Assembly (NCBI RefSeq): GCF_018156225.1
Contig: NZ_JAGTAR010000014.1
Coordinates: forward strand, 1 to 32,000
DNA length: 32,000 nucleotides
Reading direction: 5' to 3'
DNA from: Carboxylicivirga sediminis
GTDB taxonomy: Bacteria; Bacteroidota; Bacteroidia; Bacteroidales; Marinilabiliaceae
The notes beneath the pieces are model-generated. The model saw only the letters and a program-made list of their open reading frames with translations. It was not told where the DNA came from and searched no databases. Below, piece by piece: positions 30,751-32,000 of this stretch; within the stretch, counting starts at the first letter, position 1; each line of letters begins with the position of its first letter. A program made the position numbers and the translations under genes.

Positions 30751-30782
30751 CCTTTTATCAGTATAACTTTAAAATCAATGTT

Positions 30783-31508
30783 ATGAGAAGAATAACTAAA
30801 ATTGTAAGCGATATCCGAATCGCTGAAATCGCCAATCTGGGCGACAATCTTCTGAAAGAGTTGGCCGAACTGACGCCTGAAGATGCGCATTTAAAGGCCA
30901 TACAAACAGAAGTGGAACAAAATAACAGCCGGCTGGTAATAGCCATTAACAGAGACATGGCAGAGTCGGAGTTGGAAGAGTTGGATGCACGGCGCGATAG
31001 CACCTATCGCTCATTGGCCTACCTGAATAAAGGGTACCTGCACCACCCAGATGCACCGGTGTCGGAAGCGGCAGCGCAGGTGGAGCGTATACTTGAGAAA
31101 TATGGTTTTGATATGATTAATGCCAATTACGGCGCTGAGTCTGCCTATCTCGAATCGCTTTTTAATGACATGGGCAGTATTGAGATTGCGCCTGCACTGG
31201 AGCTGTTGCCCGGCGAAATTGCCCTGCTCACAAGGTTAAAGGATGAGCAGAGTCGATTTAAAGTGGCCGAGCAGCGCTTTTATAATGCGCAATCGCAAGA
31301 CAAGCAAGCTGATAGTGCTACGCAAGTCAAGCGTGAGCTACTCAAACTCATTAACAATAAACTAGTGGTGTATTTACGCGCCATGATGCAGGTGAATCCA
31401 CAGCCATATGACGATTTGTGTGCCAAAGTTGCCTTGCTTATTGACAAAGCCAATAGCCTGGTGAAACGGCGACGTAGCACCGAAGAGCTGCAAACCAAAA
31501 GCAATTAA
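30783..31508 (+). CDS. all-helical hypothetical protein, possibly DUF6261-like (241 aa)
   Basis: The ORF from ATG 30783 (MRRITKIV) has coding-like composition. The track's upstream extension (30630-30782) is read-through of the repeat array. The general pattern (D.RRD..YR.L, ESAYLESL, LKDEQ..F) resembles Bacteroidota DUF6261 proteins as I remember them. Confidence 0.6.
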   Translation: MRRITKIVSDIRIAEIANLGDNLLKELAELTPEDAHLKAIQTEVEQNNSRLVIAINRDMAESELEELDARRDSTYRSLAYLNKGYLHHPDAPVSEAAAQVERILEKYGFDMINANYGAESAYLESLFNDMGSIEIAPALELLPGEIALLTRLKDEQSRFKVAEQRFYNAQSQDKQADSATQVKRELLKLINNKLVVYLRAMMQVNPQPYDDLCAKVALLIDKANSLVKRRRSTEELQTKSN

Positions 31509-31536
31509 ACCAAGCAATAACTGATAAGAGATTTCA

Positions 31537-31568
31537 AAGGGTGCCGTGCATGGTGCCCTTTTCCTTTC
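31537..31568 (+). terminator. stem-loop terminator after the 241-aa gene
   Basis: aagggtgcc (31537-31545) pairs with ggtgccctt (31552-31560) with two G-U wobbles and a 6-nt loop, followed by ttcctttc. Confidence 0.55.
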
Positions 31569-31682
31569 GCTGCCAGGTATGAAATAGGTTTAAAGCTGAG
31601 CAAAATAGTTACTAATGCTCTTATGAATCTGTGTTTTTATCCTGCTAATGAGGCTAATTGAAATGCTATCTAAGTGCAGGTC

Positions 31683-31925
31683 TTAGCAACTTGTTGTCTG
31701 GCTTTCGTATTCGCCATCCAGCTTAAGCGGCTTAATATTAAAGGCTTCTTTACGTGCCAGCTTATCTTGTGTAGTGGCGCAATAAATACCTTTGTCATTC
31801 AGCGCTTTGTTTCCACCAATGTGCGTATTAGGAAACTTACCATTCTTTTGCAGTAAAATCCGAATGGACATCAACACAAACACAATTCCCATCAATACAA
31901 CACTCAATAATAAAACCGGCCACAT
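31683..31925 (-). CDS. small single-pass membrane protein (80 aa), unknown function
   Basis: N-terminal TM helix (WPVLLLSVVLMGIVFVLMSI) followed by a basic, hydrophilic tail (LLQKNGKFPNTHIGGNKALNDKGIYCATTQDK). A perfect -7 box lies 23 nt upstream. Confidence 0.6.
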   Translation of the reverse strand: MWPVLLLSVVLMGIVFVLMSIRILLQKNGKFPNTHIGGNKALNDKGIYCATTQDKLARKEAFNIKPLKLDGEYESQTTSC

Positions 31926-31948
31926 AATCTATCAGTTTAAATTCGGCA

Positions 31949-31956
31949 CAAAAGTA
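31949..31956 (-). promoter_or_regulatory. Bacteroidota -7 promoter box (TACTTTTG on minus strand) for the 80-aa gene
   Basis: Plus-strand caaaagta is the reverse complement of TACTTTTG, an exact TAnnTTTG match 23 nt upstream of ATG 31925. Confidence 0.45.
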
Positions 31957-32000
31957 CTAAAATTTGCTATTAACCAAACAAACGACCTCGTTCATATGTT

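Noticed and set aside
30036-30770. Possible invertible promoter segment flanked by inverted repeats (gtatctgata near 30044 versus tatcagtata near 30757)
   Set aside because: The match is only about 9-10 nt and needs an indel. No site-specific recombinase gene is nearby. A match of that size is expected by chance in an AT-rich 800-bp region.
30330-30890. Four overlapping ORFs (30330-30626 +, 30451-30672 -, 30517-30747 +, 30573-30890 -) and the 51-codon N-terminal extension of the 30630-31508 ORF. Some show repeated peptide motifs.
   Set aside because: They overlap each other on both strands. Their repeated peptides are just translations of the 42-bp DNA repeat in different frames, which is not divisible into a stable coding periodicity across the 41-bp unit. 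Composition becomes coding-like only after ATG 30783.

Overview
This window looks like chromosomal DNA from a Bacteroidota bacterium. The evidence is a SusC/SusD pair, a DUF5103 (T9SS plug-like) gene, lipoprotein signals with Cys shortly after the signal helix, TAnnTTTG -7 promoter boxes and no Shine-Dalgarno sites. Left to right the content is as follows. (1) A minus-strand housekeeping block: a small membrane protein, an FtsB/DivIC-like septum protein, a 522-aa secreted orphan and 1-pyrroline-5-carboxylate dehydrogenase. (2) A lipoprotein made of two tandem SnoaL/NTF2-like domains. (3) A DUF5103 gene divergent from a complete nqrABCDEF operon (7707-13606). (4) A polysaccharide-utilisation-like cluster (13748-26371): a membrane-anchored TPR/LuxR-HTH regulator, a GH63-like hydrolase, a GH2 LacZ-type beta-galactosidase, a LysO/YbjE (DUF340) transporter encoded as two overlapping genes, SusC and SusD. 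(5) apbE, the flavin transferase that matures NQR, followed by an acidic orphan lipoprotein. (6) A DUF2157-like membrane protein. (7) An 828-bp gap with no credible gene. It holds the most unusual signal in the window: five head-to-tail 41-42 bp units, each with a conserved TTTACGCAA core, a partial or perfect CTTTGCGT-N4-ACGCAAAG palindrome and phased T/A tracts. The array ends about 30 bp before an orphan all-helical 241-aa gene. I found no rRNA, tRNA, CRISPR array, transposase or integrase. All function calls rest on motif recognition by eye, with no database search.
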